Origin: an uncultured bacterium
GTDB lineage: Bacteria > Patescibacteriota > Patescibacteriia > Patescibacteriales > SZUA-104
DNA length: 54,874 nucleotides
Direction of reading: 5' to 3'
NCBI GenBank assembly: GCA_913009695.1
Contig: CAJVWV010000001.1
Location: 1 to 54,874 of the forward strand
Made by a program: the position numbers and the translations under genes. The notes below the pieces were generated by a model. That model was not told the origin of the DNA. It saw only the letters and a program-made list of their open reading frames with translations, and ran no database searches. Below are positions 54,057-54,874 of this stretch, piece by piece (within the stretch, counting starts at the first letter, position 1; every line of letters starts with the position of its first letter).

Positions 54057-54719
54057 TTAATTATTTACTGCTAAATTTAAGTTTTTTGATATGCTTTTCA
54101 AAATCAGAATTAATTTCTTGAGTTTTGTTAAACTCATCATATTCATCAAAAACTTTTCGCTCTGCTTGTTGGTAAGAACTTTTTCCTTTTCCATCCAAAA
54201 TCTCATATTTATTAAATTGCAGAAATTCTTGAAATAATCTTTGCCAAAATATCTTCCATTTTTCATTCTCTCATCATCCATCGCAAAGCCCTTAATAATA
54301 TATTCTTTTAATACTTTACTTGCCCAAATACGAAACTGGGTTGCTTGCATCGAATTTACCCGATATCCAACGGACAAAATTGCGTCTAAATTGTAAAATT
54401 TTGTTTTTACATTTTGAGTTTTCCCTTTTATTGCCCCGTGTTGAGTGGGTATTTCCAAAATGGAAACAACCACTTTTTCATCCAACTCGCCATTTTCAAA
54501 AATATTTTGCAGATGCTTTGAGACTGCTGGAATTCCAACCCCAAAAAGTTCCGCCATTCTTTTTTGAGTAAGCCAAATATCCTCATTATGCAAAAACGCT
54601 TCTACTTTTACCTCGCCGTTTGGCGCTGTATAAAGTAAAAATTCCGTTAACTCGTACCCCAGGGCACCTTCTCTGGCTTCGCCATTCACCTTGTCTTTTG
54701 TTGTAATCTCTTTTTTCAT
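54057..54719 (-). pseudogene. RhuM-family protein gene with an apparent 1-nt frameshift near 54232-54234
   Basis: The N-terminal ~170 aa carry the RhuM-like signature YNLDAILSVGYRVNSMQATQFRIWASKVLKEYIIKGFAMDDERMK. After GKDYF the ORF-track frame turns into low-complexity sequence. The neighbouring frame reads QEFLQFNKYEILDGKGKSSYQQAERKVFDEYDEFNKTQEINSDFEKHIKKLKFSSK* and ends at 54061. Confidence 0.65.
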
Positions 54720-54744
54720 AGTTGTTTATCTAATTTAACGCGTG

Positions 54745-54828
54745 AGATCGGAAGAGCACACGTCTGAACTCCAGTCACACTGATATATCTCGTATGCCGT
54801 CTTCTGCTTGAAAAAAAAAAAAAAAAAA
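54745..54828. other. Illumina TruSeq adapter read-through plus poly-A (non-biological sequence)
   Basis: AGATCGGAAGAGCACACGTCTGAACTCCAGTCAC-ACTGATAT-ATCTCGTATGCCGTCTTCTGCTTG (54745-54810) followed by A18. Confidence 0.95.
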
Positions 54829-54874
54829 TAAATGATAATAACATCATAAAAACTAAAATACATGACGAGAAATA

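Noticed and set aside
54811-54828. Poly-A tract as a biological feature (such as a retroelement tail)
   Set aside because: It directly follows a complete synthetic Illumina adapter, so it is a sequencing artefact.

Overview
Low-GC, densely coding bacterial contig using the standard genetic code (mostly TAA stops, and TGA also acts as a stop). The gene content fits an uncultivated Patescibacteria/CPR-like genome from a shotgun assembly, which is an inference. Everything from 54745 onward is Illumina TruSeq adapter plus poly-A, so the right edge is an artefact. Left to right the window holds: a partial sulfotransferase/GT fusion; tRNA-Asn; dnaG-rpoD; a ZIP transporter; a RelE/antitoxin pair; and a ~6 kb metal/redox module. 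That module (P1B ATPase, Cys-rich membrane protein, SufS-like desulfurase, thioredoxin-fold lipoprotein) is bracketed by 68-bp direct repeats derived from the 3' end of the adjacent tRNA-Ser and by ~63-bp inverted repeats. Next come a DsbA, gatC-gatA and ligA, then a ~21.6 kb minus-strand type IV pilus locus with no secretin (pilM-N-O, pilB, receiver, degenerate pilT, pilC, pilA, pilD, minor pilins). The pilus locus is interrupted by a very AT-rich glycosylation module (a Wzy_C/TPR protein directly after pilA, 2 GTs, 3 methyltransferases) and by an AbiEi/AbiEii pair. The rest is a TolB-like protein, a single-gene cassette bounded by inverted repeats, another DsbA, radA, recG, an ArsR / Zn-ribbon / ArsP-like permease operon, an operon of uncharacterised membrane proteins, and a frameshifted RhuM-like gene. 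The most unusual signal is not a gene. Several families of short palindromic or heptamer-periodic repeats occur in intergenic hairpins and are also embedded in frame inside core genes (gatA, ligA, recG, pilD). recG carries at least four such insertions.
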